Source: Octopus sinensis (Eukaryota). From it: DNA of 64,000 nt. This document shows positions 13,250-24,666 of this stretch, piece by piece. The stretch's first letter is position 1; every line of letters begins with the position of its first letter. Location of the stretch: positions 75,578,001 to 75,642,000 of the forward strand of contig NC_043000.1 in NCBI RefSeq assembly GCF_006345805.1. Direction: 5' to 3'. The notes below the pieces were generated by a model. The model searched no databases, was not told the origin of the DNA, and saw nothing but the letters and a program-made list of their open reading frames with translations. Position numbers and translations under genes: made by a program.

Positions 13250-13665
13250 CCTACTGAGTCAAGTAAATCAAAATCAAATGGAAATTGTAGTTGTGGCTGT
13301 TACCAGTGCTGGTGGCATGCAATAATTCATTCATGTGTGGGTTGCTGCCAGAGATGCCTGACTGGCTCCCCATGCTGGTGGCACATAAAAAGCACCATTC
13401 CAATGTGGTCGATGTCAGCCCCCGCCCCTACTGGCTCCTGTGCTGGTGGCACCAGCCAAATGTGGCTGATGCCAGTGCTGCCTGACTGGCGCCTGTGCAG
13501 GTGGAACGTAAAAAGCACCCACTATACTCCTCTCAGAGTGGTTGGCATTAGGAAGGGCACCCAGCTGTAGAAACATTGCCAGATCAGATTGGAGTCTGGT
13601 GCAGTCAAACTGTCCAACCCATGCAAGCATGGAAAAACGGACGTTAAACGATGATGATGATGATG
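13250..13665 (+). repeat. RTE 3' UTR/tail fragment
   Basis: ggttggcattaggaagggcacccagctgtagaaac ... ggacgttaaacgatgatgatgatg. Confidence 0.85.
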
Positions 13666-13679
13666 TTATTATTGCAACC

Positions 13680-15459
13680 TCAAGCAAAAGATACTCTTAC
13701 ACAATCGGCTACAAGCTACAAGTGATTGAATATGCCAAACAACATGGCAACAGGGCTGCAGAGAGGCATTTTGGAGCACCGCCAACTGAGAAAATGATCT
13801 ACTACTAGAAGAAACAAAAAGACCTGTTGAAGTCTACATCAAGACTTAACATAACCTGCATCAGACTGCAGCTAAGTAGCCAGAATTGGAACAAGAGATG
13901 AAGGAGTGGATAGTTGTGGAGAGAAATTTGGGTCTTGCAGTTACAATAAAAATTATTATTAATGAATCAAAAGTGAGGGCAGCAGCACAAGGTCTGGATG
14001 ATTTTTGAGGCACATCAAGCTGGTGCTACAGATTTATGAAGAGGCAAGGACTGGCAATGGGAATGAAAGCAATGAGAATAGCACAAAAATGCCTGAAGAT
14101 TATGATAACAAAATAATTGAATTTCACAGGTTCATAATCACTGCAAGAAAGAGAGACTTACTATGAATTGGGTCAGATTGGAAACATAGATGAGGTGTCA
14201 CTAATGTTTGATGTGGTATCAAAGAGAACAGTGGATATTAAAGGGTCTAAAACCATAAGTATAAAGACATCTGGACAAGAGAAAACCTAAGATACTGTGA
14301 TATTATCGTGTTGTGCTGATGGAACAAAACTGCCACCACTGCTTATTTTCCCGAAGAAAACTTTACCAAAAGACAAAATTCCATGTGGAATTTTTGTTCA
14401 CATCCACCCAAAGAGGTGGATGGATGGAGAGGGTGGCTTGATAAGGTCTAGTCAAGGCGTTCTGGTGGCCTCCTTAAAAAACCATCTCTTCTTGTGTGGG
14501 ACCAGTTTTGTGCCCACAAAACAAAAGAAAGGGTGCAGAAATTGAAAACAAAAATGGCAGTGATCCCTGGTGGTTTAACAAGCCAATTACAACCACTGGA
14601 TGTATCAGTCAACAAGTCTTTTAAGGCATTTATGAAAGAAGAATGGAATCAGTGGATGAGACCCAAGGACTATGACCTAACACCAACAAGTCATTTGTAA
14701 AGGCCAACAATTCCTCGGGTGTGTGTGGGTCCTGAAATTATGGAACACTGTGAAATTATGGAACACTGTGAAAATTGTAGTAGTAGTAGTAGTAGTAAAA
14801 TCATTTAAAAAATGTGGCATCAGTAATGCATTAAATGGTACAGGAGATGACATTCTGTTTGAAGATAGTGACACCTGGGGTAAGATTGACAACCCTGATG
14901 ATTTTTCTGGTTTTGAGGCTATGGATAACTGCAGTCAGTTTTCAGGATTTGAAGAGTGAAATATTTGCGTGATACTCATATGTTTAATATTTGCACACTT
15001 ATTAGTCTTTTTCCATTGTAATTTAATTGTAACATTTGTTTTGTCATGTCTATGCAAAATTTTACAAATGGTAATAACATGAAATATTACAGTGGGTACA
15101 TAATGGTAGGTGTAAACTTTGAGAGTAAACTTATCATACCAAGATCCGGTCCCACAAAACAAATTGGTAAGGTAGGTGAGTGCTGCTTTTGCTATTTTTA
15201 AAGACACAAGTGTGGGGTCACAAGACAGTCGCAGTTAGCCAATATAAGGGATAGCACAAATAAATATTAGATGAACAGCCAAAATAAATGCTGGAGGTTA
15301 CAGTGATGTTTTTTTTTCATTGCATCTGTAAAGGTAACAAGACCTGAAGTCCTGAAACCTTATTTTTATGTTTATTATTTTTTTGTTTCAAATTTTTGGT
15401 TGTCAAAATTAGGGTGTGTCCTCGAAGATAAAGTGTCTTTGATAACAAGAAATATGGTA
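13680..15459 (+). mobile_element. pogo/Tigger-type DNA transposon (POGK-like transposase), degenerate
   Basis: KRYSYTIGYKLQVIEYAKQHGNRAAERHFG (Brinker-like HTH), SWCYRFMKR (CENP-B HTH), IGNIDEVSLMFD, LSCCADGTKLPPLLIF, VIPGGLTSQLQPLDVSVNKSFKAFMKEEW. Right end near aaatatggta (15459). Confidence 0.88.
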
Positions 15460-15464
15460 TGTAA

Positions 15465-16062
15465 GTTCCACATCTGCTATGTAACATTCTTTTATGGAGA
15501 ATTCTGATTCATTCTCTGATATGAATTTTGCTTTTGTGAAGTGTTTTTTGAAATTTTTTTGGTTGGTGCCTACGGTTTTGTAAGGGGTTTTTATCAATCA
15601 GATTTTTCATTTTGGGACTTTGTAGAAGTATAGGTAGGTTTGATTTTATGATATGAAAGATGTTGGCTACCCCAGGATTGTGCCCATTAATAAATAGAAT
15701 CGTGTGTTCAGTAATTTTTTTCCTTTGGAACATGCAACAACAACAACTTAAAATACTTAGAAAGTGGTTCCCATATAAAATTCAAGAGCAGATTCTCATT
15801 CAAAGTAAATGCAGATATTAACTGCAAGGATAATTACATTGGCGAAACAAACAATTCCCTCTGCCAATGTGCAAGAATCCACAAACAACACACCCAACAG
15901 GAAGAATTGTGCAAGATTCCACTGAGCAAGCATCCAGAAATAAGTGGGAAAGGAAAGTTCAAAATCTTTCCCTTTTTCAAATGTTCAAGAGATTACCCAA
16001 AATTCTGAAAAGCAATGGAGCTACACTTCATCAAAAAATTCTCTCCAAAATTAAATGCTTGA
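15465..16062. mobile_element. Penelope GIY-YIG 3' fragment with inverted 5' segment
   Basis: Minus strand 15465-15731: NLPILLQSPKMKNL, KNFKKHFTKAKF, SRCGT. Plus strand 15726-16062: GTCN...NYIGETNNSL...RIHKQH...FIKKFSPKLNA*. Confidence 0.8.
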
Positions 16063-17685
16063 AAGAGAAGCAGAGGAACTATATATATATATTTTTTTTT
16101 TTTAATAGTAATGATGATGGCTGAAGAGAAAACATTTATATTACAATATTACAGTTGTTTCCGAATGTGGCTCCAATGTTAATAGCGTGATACTCATCTC
16201 TAAAACGATCAGATATATATATAACATTGGGATTTTGACAACTGTTGGTCTTGATAGATTTGATAGATAGAAACTAGATAGAAAGAATACCAGAACCATT
16301 TTGATTGGGAAAGACATCTAATGTAGCTACTTCGCAAAGTAATTCATGAAAAAGATCTTCTTATTTATGATGTTTGATTAAATGTATATAGGGAATAGAT
16401 TGAATTATAAACAGTACCAAATTATTTTTTTTATTTTCTGACTTTATTTTCCTAATTTATGATTATTGTACTAATATTTAATATTTGTTTATTGAAAAGC
16501 ATGGAATTACACAGAATATGGCACTTGACTATACAAGTGTAAAGGAATATGCATTTTCATAGGACTTAGAACTCTTTCTTATTTTTCAGTGATGACTGCA
16601 TCCCTCCCCTCTTTTATTTTTCCCATGCTACTTCCTAAACTTGACATCTTTGATAGGTCACCAGCCCTTGTGAGAAAATGTGTTTATTTACAAATATGTT
16701 GATAGGTATACAATAAAAAAAGGAGAAAGAAAAATGCTTTGTAATGAAATTTCAATTGACCACATCAAATTGAAAAGAAACCTCTCTCTATATATCTCTC
16801 AGTCTGTCTGTCTATCTATATACCTACCCTTTCCCCATCCTTTATTATTTTTTCTTTTCTTTCTTGATTGCCCTGAAACCTCTCCCTCTGTCTATTCACC
16901 ACCCTCTTTGCTTTCTTTCTCTCTCTCTCTCCCCTACCCCCATAAAAGAAAAACGATATTCTCCTCTTCTAAACAAAGCAAAAAAGCATCTGATTCATAA
17001 AAATTAACAATGAAACACTCTGTTTTTACCATTTTGATTTTGATTTTGTCTTGAGTTCGAAAAACAAACGAAAGTGTTAATAAAGAATTACCCAAAATTC
17101 TGACTGCCTTCATTTTCTCAAAATACAATATCTGTACACCACTTCAAACACTCAATACACACACACACACAACACACACACACACACGTTATCATTATGA
17201 TTGTTTTAATGTCCATTTTTCCATGCTCACATAGGTCAACCAGAATTTGTTGAGGTGGATTTTCTACAATTGGATGCATTTCCTGTCCCTAACCCTCACT
17301 TGTTTCCATATGAGGTAATATTTACTCATGACAAGGGAAGTTTCACAGAGTATTGGAAACAAAAGACATTACTTGCATTACGGTAACAAACACAACAAGC
17401 TGCTTTCAGTTTCTATCTATCAAATCTATTCACAAGCCTTTGCTCAAGGTTACAGTAGAAGACACTTACCGAAGGCGCCATGTAATAGAACTGAACCTGG
17501 TACCAAGTGGTTGAGAAGTAAATTTCTTATCACGTATCCATGCCTGCACCTACATGATATAGATATACACACACACACACATTTATGCATACATATATAT
17601 ATATATATATATACTATGTAGATAGGGTTACAATCCAAGCAATGGTAAATAAATAATACCAAATATATATATTAATATATATATA

Positions 17686-18058
17686 TCTCTCTATATATAA
17701 ACGGCAGTTTGTCTGTGTGTGTTTCTGTGTGTCTGTCAGGTTGTACCCTCACCCTGACCACGGCTTTCAACCGATTCTGATGAAACTTGACACACACATA
17801 ACCCAATGTCATAATTCAAAACTAACGCAGCGAAAATTTTGAAAAGTTCCCCCAGTTCTGAAAAAAATCGATAAATTCGACATGGGGTCGAGAATCAGAA
17901 ACATAGACCACAGACTGTCTAGGGGACGCATCTCGACCTTTTTAACAAAAAAAAAAAATTTACCATCATTTTTTTTCCAGTTTTTGGCTATAACTCTCTA
18001 AAAATGCTTTATAGTTATTTCCCTTACAAACCCGAGCAACGCCGGGCGATACTGCTAG
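17686..18058 (+). mobile_element. Non-autonomous Helitron
   Basis: 5' TC, gtctgt microsatellite, 3' hairpin cccgagcaacgccggg (18031-18046), CTAG end, A|T insertion context. Confidence 0.8.
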
Positions 18059-18069
18059 TATAATATATA

Positions 18070-18109
<40 letters not shown>

Positions 18110-18179
18110 TGGATCAAGAGTTCTCAAGTTTTAGCTCATAAGGCCAGTTTATCAAATTCTGTGGTATATATATTTCTCT

Positions 18180-18950
18180 ATATCTTCCTTGGATGGGATG
18201 CTGGTCCATTTGCAAGATTACTCATTTTTGCCAGCTGAGTGAACTGGAGCAATGTAAAATGAAGTGTTTTGCTCAAGGAACACAATGCATTGCTCAGTCC
18301 AGGAACTCAAACCACAAACTTATGATCATGAGTGGAACACACTAACCACTAAGTCACACTCACACATCAGAGTTGTGTACAGGAAATAAAATTCCAACAT
18401 AGTCTGAGTTTCATGTTTTATTTTTATGTGCTTTACAGTTTCACAATATTACATATAATAATACCATATTATGATAATACAAGTACTGTCATGCTTTCTG
18501 CAATTTTCAGATTTATGTTGTAGCAGTATTAAGTTATTTTTTTTTCACAATTGATAACTGTAGTGAAATGACTGAATTTGTCCTTTAAATACCTTCCAAT
18601 ACTGGATTTGTACTATGAAGTGGTTTGCTCAAGAGCACAACACACCACCTGGTTTAGGAATTGAAACCATGGTCTCGTGATTGTGAATGCAACACTCTAA
18701 CTACTAGGCCATGCATCCTCACTTAATAATAATAATAATGGTTACAAATTTTGGCACAAGGCCAGCAATTTTGAGTGAGTCAATTATATCAACCTAGCTC
18801 TCTACTGATACTTATCTTATTGACCCCTAAAAGGACGAAAGGTAAGGTCAACCTCAGTGGAATTGGAACACAAAACACAAAAACAGATAAAATGCCACTA
18901 AGCATTTTGCCCAGCATGCTAATGATTTTGCCAGCTTGCCACCTTTGAAG
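18180..18950 (-). repeat. Cluster of three degenerate SINE fragments
   Basis: ttgctcaag...caacac...gaa(c/t)tgaaacc...aaccact motifs at 18180-18360 and 18615-18722, and a tgacccc...aaaggtaaggtcaacctc block at 18735-18950. Confidence 0.5.
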
Positions 18951-18968
18951 ATGATAACAACAACAACA

Positions 18969-19016
<48 letters not shown>

Positions 19017-19017
<1 letters not shown>

Positions 19018-19378
19018 GGCGCAGGACTGGCTGTGTGGTAAGAAGCTTGCTTCCCAACCATATGGTTCTGGGTTCAGTCCCACCGCATGGCACCTTCAGC
19101 AAGAACCTTCTACTATAGCCTCAGGCTGACCAAAGCCTTGTGAGTGGATTTAGTAGATGGAAACTGAAAAAAGCCCATTGTATATATGTATATATATGTG
19201 TATGTGTCTGTGTTTGTCCCCACAACATCGCTTGACAACCGATGGTAGTGTGTTTGGCAAAAGAGACCGATAGAATAAGTACTAGGCTTACAAAGAATAA
19301 GTCCTGGGGTCGATTTGCTCAACTAAAGGTGGTGCTCCAGTATGGCTGCAGTCAAATGACTGAAAAAAGTAAAAGTAA
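19017..19378 (+). repeat. tRNA-derived SINE, near full length
   Basis: A-box-like tggctgtgtggta, B-box-like ggttcagtccc, body gccttgtgagtggatttagtagatggaaactgaaa, tail cagtcaaatgactgaaa; preceded by (ATT)n. Confidence 0.85.
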
Positions 19379-19392
19379 AAGTGTATTATTAT

Positions 19393-19960
19393 TATTGTGA
19401 AAGTCTTGCACAGAAAGAGTACAAGAGTAGACATGACATGGTAGCCCAAAACCTCCACTGGCTACTATGCTGTAAGTATGGATATGAGGTTACGGGTGCC
19501 TGGTACCAACATACACCGGAAAAGGTAATGGACGAAAAGGGAAAGGCAAACATCTTCTGGGACTTTGACTTCCAAACAGACAAGGTATTAGAACACTGAA
19601 GGCCATATATAGTAACCTTTAGGAGTGACAAACAAGAGTGCCTAATAACTGATGTAGCAGTGCCAGGAGATAACATATCATCATGAAAGAAAGAGAAAAG
19701 GTTTGATAAATATGGAGACCTGAGAATTGAGATCGCTAAGATGTGACGGCTACGAGAGTCAAACAAAGGTTATCATTGCTGCATTAAGTTCAATACTACC
19801 CAATCTGAAAAAAACAACTGAAAACTTTAGAAATACCCTACAATCTAGGCGTATTGCAAAAGTCAGCATTACATGGAACTTCATGCATATTGCGTAAAGT
19901 ACTGTCTCTCTGAGGTCCTTGTTGTGACTTGACAAACAGTACAAACCCTTGGTAGACACA
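19393..19960 (+). mobile_element. R4/Dong-clade non-LTR element, C-terminal RLE endonuclease fragment
   Basis: YKSRHDMVAQNLHWLLCCKY, WYQHTPEKV, IFWDFDFQTDKVLEH*RPYIV, ITDVAVPGDNI, KYGDLRIEI. Confidence 0.85.
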
Positions 19961-19999
19961 ACCTCACAATATTGTATATTGTGTGATGTCTATAATAAT

Positions 20000-21590
20000 A
20001 ACAATAATGGTTTCTTTTATTTGCCACCAGGGTGAAAGATGAGGGAGGGGGGCACTACAAAGACAGATATAAAGTGTGGAGGTTTACATATAATGGAATG
20101 ATAATAAAAAAGGAAGAGTATACATAGCATATATTTAAAGGAAAGTATACATAGTATATGGCACAAGAAAAAAAAAGAAAAAATGTGATAGTAATGGCGT
20201 CCTCCTGATATAGGACAACCTCTAGGAACCCCACCATCCAAGATCGCTCTGAATACCAAAGACAAGTGGCCTCCTGAACTCCTTTCCTCCTACTCACAGG
20301 TAGGTACCATCCACTCTTGCTATTTTAGCATCTTTTGATAAATTCACTTGAGGACAGCACCTCCCTCTCCACCCCTACTTTTCTTTTAAAGCCAAACTTG
20401 TAACAGTCAAGAGGAATGTTTCAGTCCTCATTCCTTTCAGCCTTGTCCACCAAACAATCTCTTTTGCTCCAACCTAATAAAGCAGTAACCGGGGCAAGGC
20501 ATGATGGTCAGAGGATAAATGATGACAGAGGCAATGTAGGCATTCACCACATCTGACTGACCTTTCAGGGACAACTTCCTCTCTGCCAATTTCTGGGTAA
20601 GACAGGCCACCCTGTTTGTCACCTTATCACAGTTCTTATCCACCATAATTGGTTGTTTCTGTGATTTCATGCTGTTGTTGATGATATTGCTGTTTTTGTT
20701 TTTCTTGGAGTGGTTGTGAATTGGGTTGCAATTGCAGATTTTGTGTATCTTTTTGCTGAATTCTTGGAGTGGGGCTATGTACTCTCCTCCTCTTTTGCCT
20801 ACCCTCTTTTGTCAGTGGTCCATTATTCAATCAGTTCTTCTTTCTCCATGTCATTGCTGTTGATGTTGGTTTGGGAGGCAGAGCATTCAGGAGAAGTTTG
20901 CTTTTTTTTATAGCAACTGAGGGTAGACTCCATCTTTGACTTGGTGTTGGTGTGGGAGTTTTGAACATGTCATGATTTTGCAACTGTGGTGTTTAGTGTT
21001 GGCAGCAGTGGGAGTTTAGTTTTTCTTGTTTCAGGACAGAAATCCTTTAAGTGAGCCACAGATCTACATATGTAGCATCTTGGTTTTCCACCCTCCACTT
21101 ACACTGAGAGGTACCATCCATGAGGCTGATTAGATCAGGCAGCTGATTGATATAGGCTTGCGTTCATTGTAAGGTCAATTCCATACTTATACCTGACCAG
21201 TTTTGTTTAGGTATTTTCTTGACCGCCAAGATCTCTTCTTGTAAAAAACTATCAAGACAGCCTAACCATAGCAAGGAGTTGGCTGCAATAGCTGGGGATT
21301 AAGAAGAAGTTTTTATTCTTCAAAGTCATTGCAGAATGACACCTGGTTTCTTCTTCAGTCCGAAATCTAACTTCAATAGTTCCAAATTTCTTCCCTCAAG
21401 TGATGTGGGTCTTCTGTTCCCATATGTACCCAAGGCATTTTTGTATTTGGCTCTCAGAAGCATTTTCCACGCTGGGTGGGAACAGCGATATGTGACTATA
21501 ATATTCTCAATCATGTCAGATGGAAGGTTTAGGACTACCCTTCTCCTCCCATTCCTTTCATCAATTTTCCTGGCCATTTTTAAATCTCCT
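20000..21590 (-). mobile_element. L1/Tx1-like element, internally deleted (ORF1 remnant + ORF2 C-terminal scraps + 3' UTR)
   Basis: CCHC knuckle GGKPRCYICRSVAHLKDFCP near 21040-21100. KLSLKGQSDVVNAYIASVIIYPLTIMPCPG is homologous to the Tx1 ORF2 at 54335. Confidence 0.7.
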
Positions 21591-21604
21591 TTATCTATTC
21601 TCTT

Positions 21605-21985
21605 TTTACACTTTTACTTGTTTCAGTCATTTGACTGCGGCCATGCTGGAGCACCGCCTTTAGTCGAGCATATCGACCCCGGGACTTATTCTTTGTAAGC
21701 CCAGTACTTATTCTATCGGTCTCTTTTGCTGAACCGCTAAGTGACGGGGACGTAAACACACCAGCACCGGTTGTCAAGCAATGCTAGAGGGACAAACACA
21801 GACACACAAACATATACACACACATACATATATATATATACATATATACGACAGGCTTCTTTCAGTTTTCCGTCTACCAAATCCACTCACAAGGCTTTGG
21901 TCAGCCCAAGGTGCCACGCAGTGGGACTGAACCCAGAACCATGTGGTTGGTTAGCAAGCTACTTATCACACAGCCACGCCTACAC
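21605..21985 (-). repeat. tRNA-derived SINE, near full length
   Basis: Reverse-complement copy of the 19017 family. Confidence 0.85.
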
Positions 21986-23029
21986 CTATGCGGAAATCTT
22001 CTAAATTTCTCATAGTAATTGCAAAAGAAATCTCCATTGCAGTGGAGGTGGTTGTGGTGGTGGTGGCAGTGATGATATTTGTGTTTCTAAGTTTCACTCA
22101 GTTGGTATAGTTGCTGCTGTTGCTGTTGTTGTCATCACTGAAAGTTTTGATATAGCTTAGAGACAAAATTGTATTCACCTCGATTATGTCATTAAGTGTA
22201 GTCCATGCTATGTTGATATTCTCTCTTTTCTCTGAAAAGGAATTTGTTGTTGACCATTATGATGACTTCTTTATCAGCCCTCTTTAAATAAATATGGAAA
22301 ATGGCAAAATATTTGCTTTTTCTGTAAGTTTTTGAAATTCAAAAAATACCGATTTTCACTCTCTGCAAAACAGGTGGTGTTTCTAAACAAAAAAACTATC
22401 AGTGCAGTCCAGACAATGTCAAAAATACAATGGTAACAATAAAAATGAAAACACAGGGCCTTAGAAGGCCAAAAAGGTTATAAATATTATTACAACTTAA
22501 GGAGCTTCGAGTTTCTGTTATTTCACAATATGGTGGCCATAATAATAACTAGTGGGACCCGTGAATATTTCACAGAATTAATGCAAAACTTATTGGGTTA
22601 TTTCTGAAAACTTTAAAGCCTGAAAATGTAGCCTGTGTCTGTCTGTATCAAAAGATAGTTGCTGGTCTGCTAATCATTGAAAAGTGAAGGAAATTGGAAT
22701 ATGGTGATTACTTAATGCACTTTATATATACACTTTATATACTTTATGCACAATCTTATAGACTTATGCACAATCTTATAGACTTATACACAACACTTTC
22801 CCTCTTCACCATACCATCTTTTCTCTCTCCTTTTTCTTTCACTCATCATCTTTCCCTTCAATTAATCATGTGTAAGTGTTACACATTGTTAAAAAAAATT
22901 ACACATTTCACTTACCACCACCTCACTCTCCTCCCTTGCCCTTCAACTAATCACATGGAAGTGTTATGAATGGGTTAAGTAATGGAGTGACAAGCAGAAG
23001 CAGCAGCAGAATAATAATAATGTGCCAAT

Positions 23030-23180
23030 TATTGTTGGGACCTAGAGGACAGTGAAGAGGTATTGAGAGGAATATAAAGGAAATGTGAATAGAGTGCCCA
23101 GCAGAGCTGTTGTAAAAAGCTTGCCTCTTAAGCCTGGCCAGAATTATCAGGAAAGTATTAGATAGTTGAAGAGAACAAAT
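23030..23180 (+). repeat. R4/Dong-like 3' end remnant
   Basis: L*KACLLSLARIIRKVLDS*, typical of the LQK..LLGTA.ILRKVL terminus. Confidence 0.55.
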
Positions 23181-24666
23181 AGCATGATACAATAGGCTGC
23201 ATGCAGCAGGCTCACTACTCATGCAAAATTTCAGGAGTTCCAACAAAAGAATAATAATGATAACAATAAGAGTAAGGGTAGTAATAATAATAATAAATGA
23301 TAATACTACCATCATAACAACACTACTGATTTTATCTAAATGTAATTTTACAAAAAAACTCTAAGAAATTTTAACAGTAATATTAAATTCATTTAAGGCA
23401 AGAACCCTGTTTATATTATTAGGTGTTTCTCAAAATCTGAATTTAGACAAATCCTTTACAGATGACTGACTGATGAAAATGTTTCTATGAATGAGCACTG
23501 ACAATGTCTACTATGTTGGTGTGTTCACCAAGTCAAGTTGTCTAAGTCATTTGCTGATTAGTTAAAATGTTCCTATGACTAAGACAGTGACAATATCAAC
23601 TGGGTTGGTATGCTCACCAAACTGTGGCATGTAAGCCATGCATTGATTTCTTAAAATACAATTCATAAGATTCAGTCTGCTGAAACCTATTGGAAAGCAT
23701 CTGATGGACAAATTCAGTCATTTTACTAGTTATTAAATGTGAAACACAGAAGTTGGTTAATACTGCGACAACATAAACCTGAGGATTGCAACAGAAAACA
23801 TGAAAGTGCTTGTATTATCATATGTCATCACCATTTAAAATCTGCTTTCCATGCTGGATTGGGTTATACGTTTAACAGGAACTGGTAAGCCAGAGGGCTG
23901 CACCAGATTCCAGTTTGATTTGGTATGGTTTAAATGGCTAAATGCCCTTCCTAATGCCAAGAATGTAATATTGTAAGACTGTAAAGCATGTAAAAATATC
24001 ATAAAACATGAAACTCAAAATATATTAGAAATTCATTGACTGATTATATATATTTATATATATATATATATATATGTGTCATACATATACATACATACAT
24101 AGTTATATGTATAATCATATTCATCATCATCATCGTTTAACGTCCGTTCTCCATGCTGTACATATGTGTGTATGGGGTATGAAATGTTTTAGCACAGTCA
24201 TTTTAGTATTGCATGTTTGGCATTGCTGATTTGATACTGACTTATTTGACATCAGACATTTTCTCTCCAGTACTTTTTAGCACCATGAAGATTTGGGTTT
24301 TATTCTAGTTGAAATCACAACTATAAACTATAAATTCCTGTTTAGCTTTCTACATCACTGCATTAAGATGATGGTTAACAAAATATTGACAGAATATGGA
24401 AAAGAAAAATTTTCTCAAACTGGGTTTCTGAACATTTTTTACAAAATTGAACTGACAGTAAATTTAAACTTTGGTGCTATGAACAGAAAAATTAGAGAGA
24501 AAGAGAGAAACATTAAAATGGAAATAAATGCCCCACCTCCACCAGATTGATACAAGTATATCTCTCTTTCTCTCTCTCACTCTATTTGTTATGTACGTTT
24601 TTTTTTATGTGTAATGTGAAGAGGAGACTTATCAAAATTGAGGTTAACTTTTAAATTTTCTCTTAA

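Noticed and set aside
19017-19095. tRNA gene
   Set aside because: A- and B-box-like motifs are present, but there is no complete cloverleaf and it continues into a SINE body. The same applies to 11597-11670 and 30343-30416.
18854-19118. Poly-Ile / poly-Asn ORFs
   Set aside because: Translation of an (ATT)n microsatellite plus a SINE.
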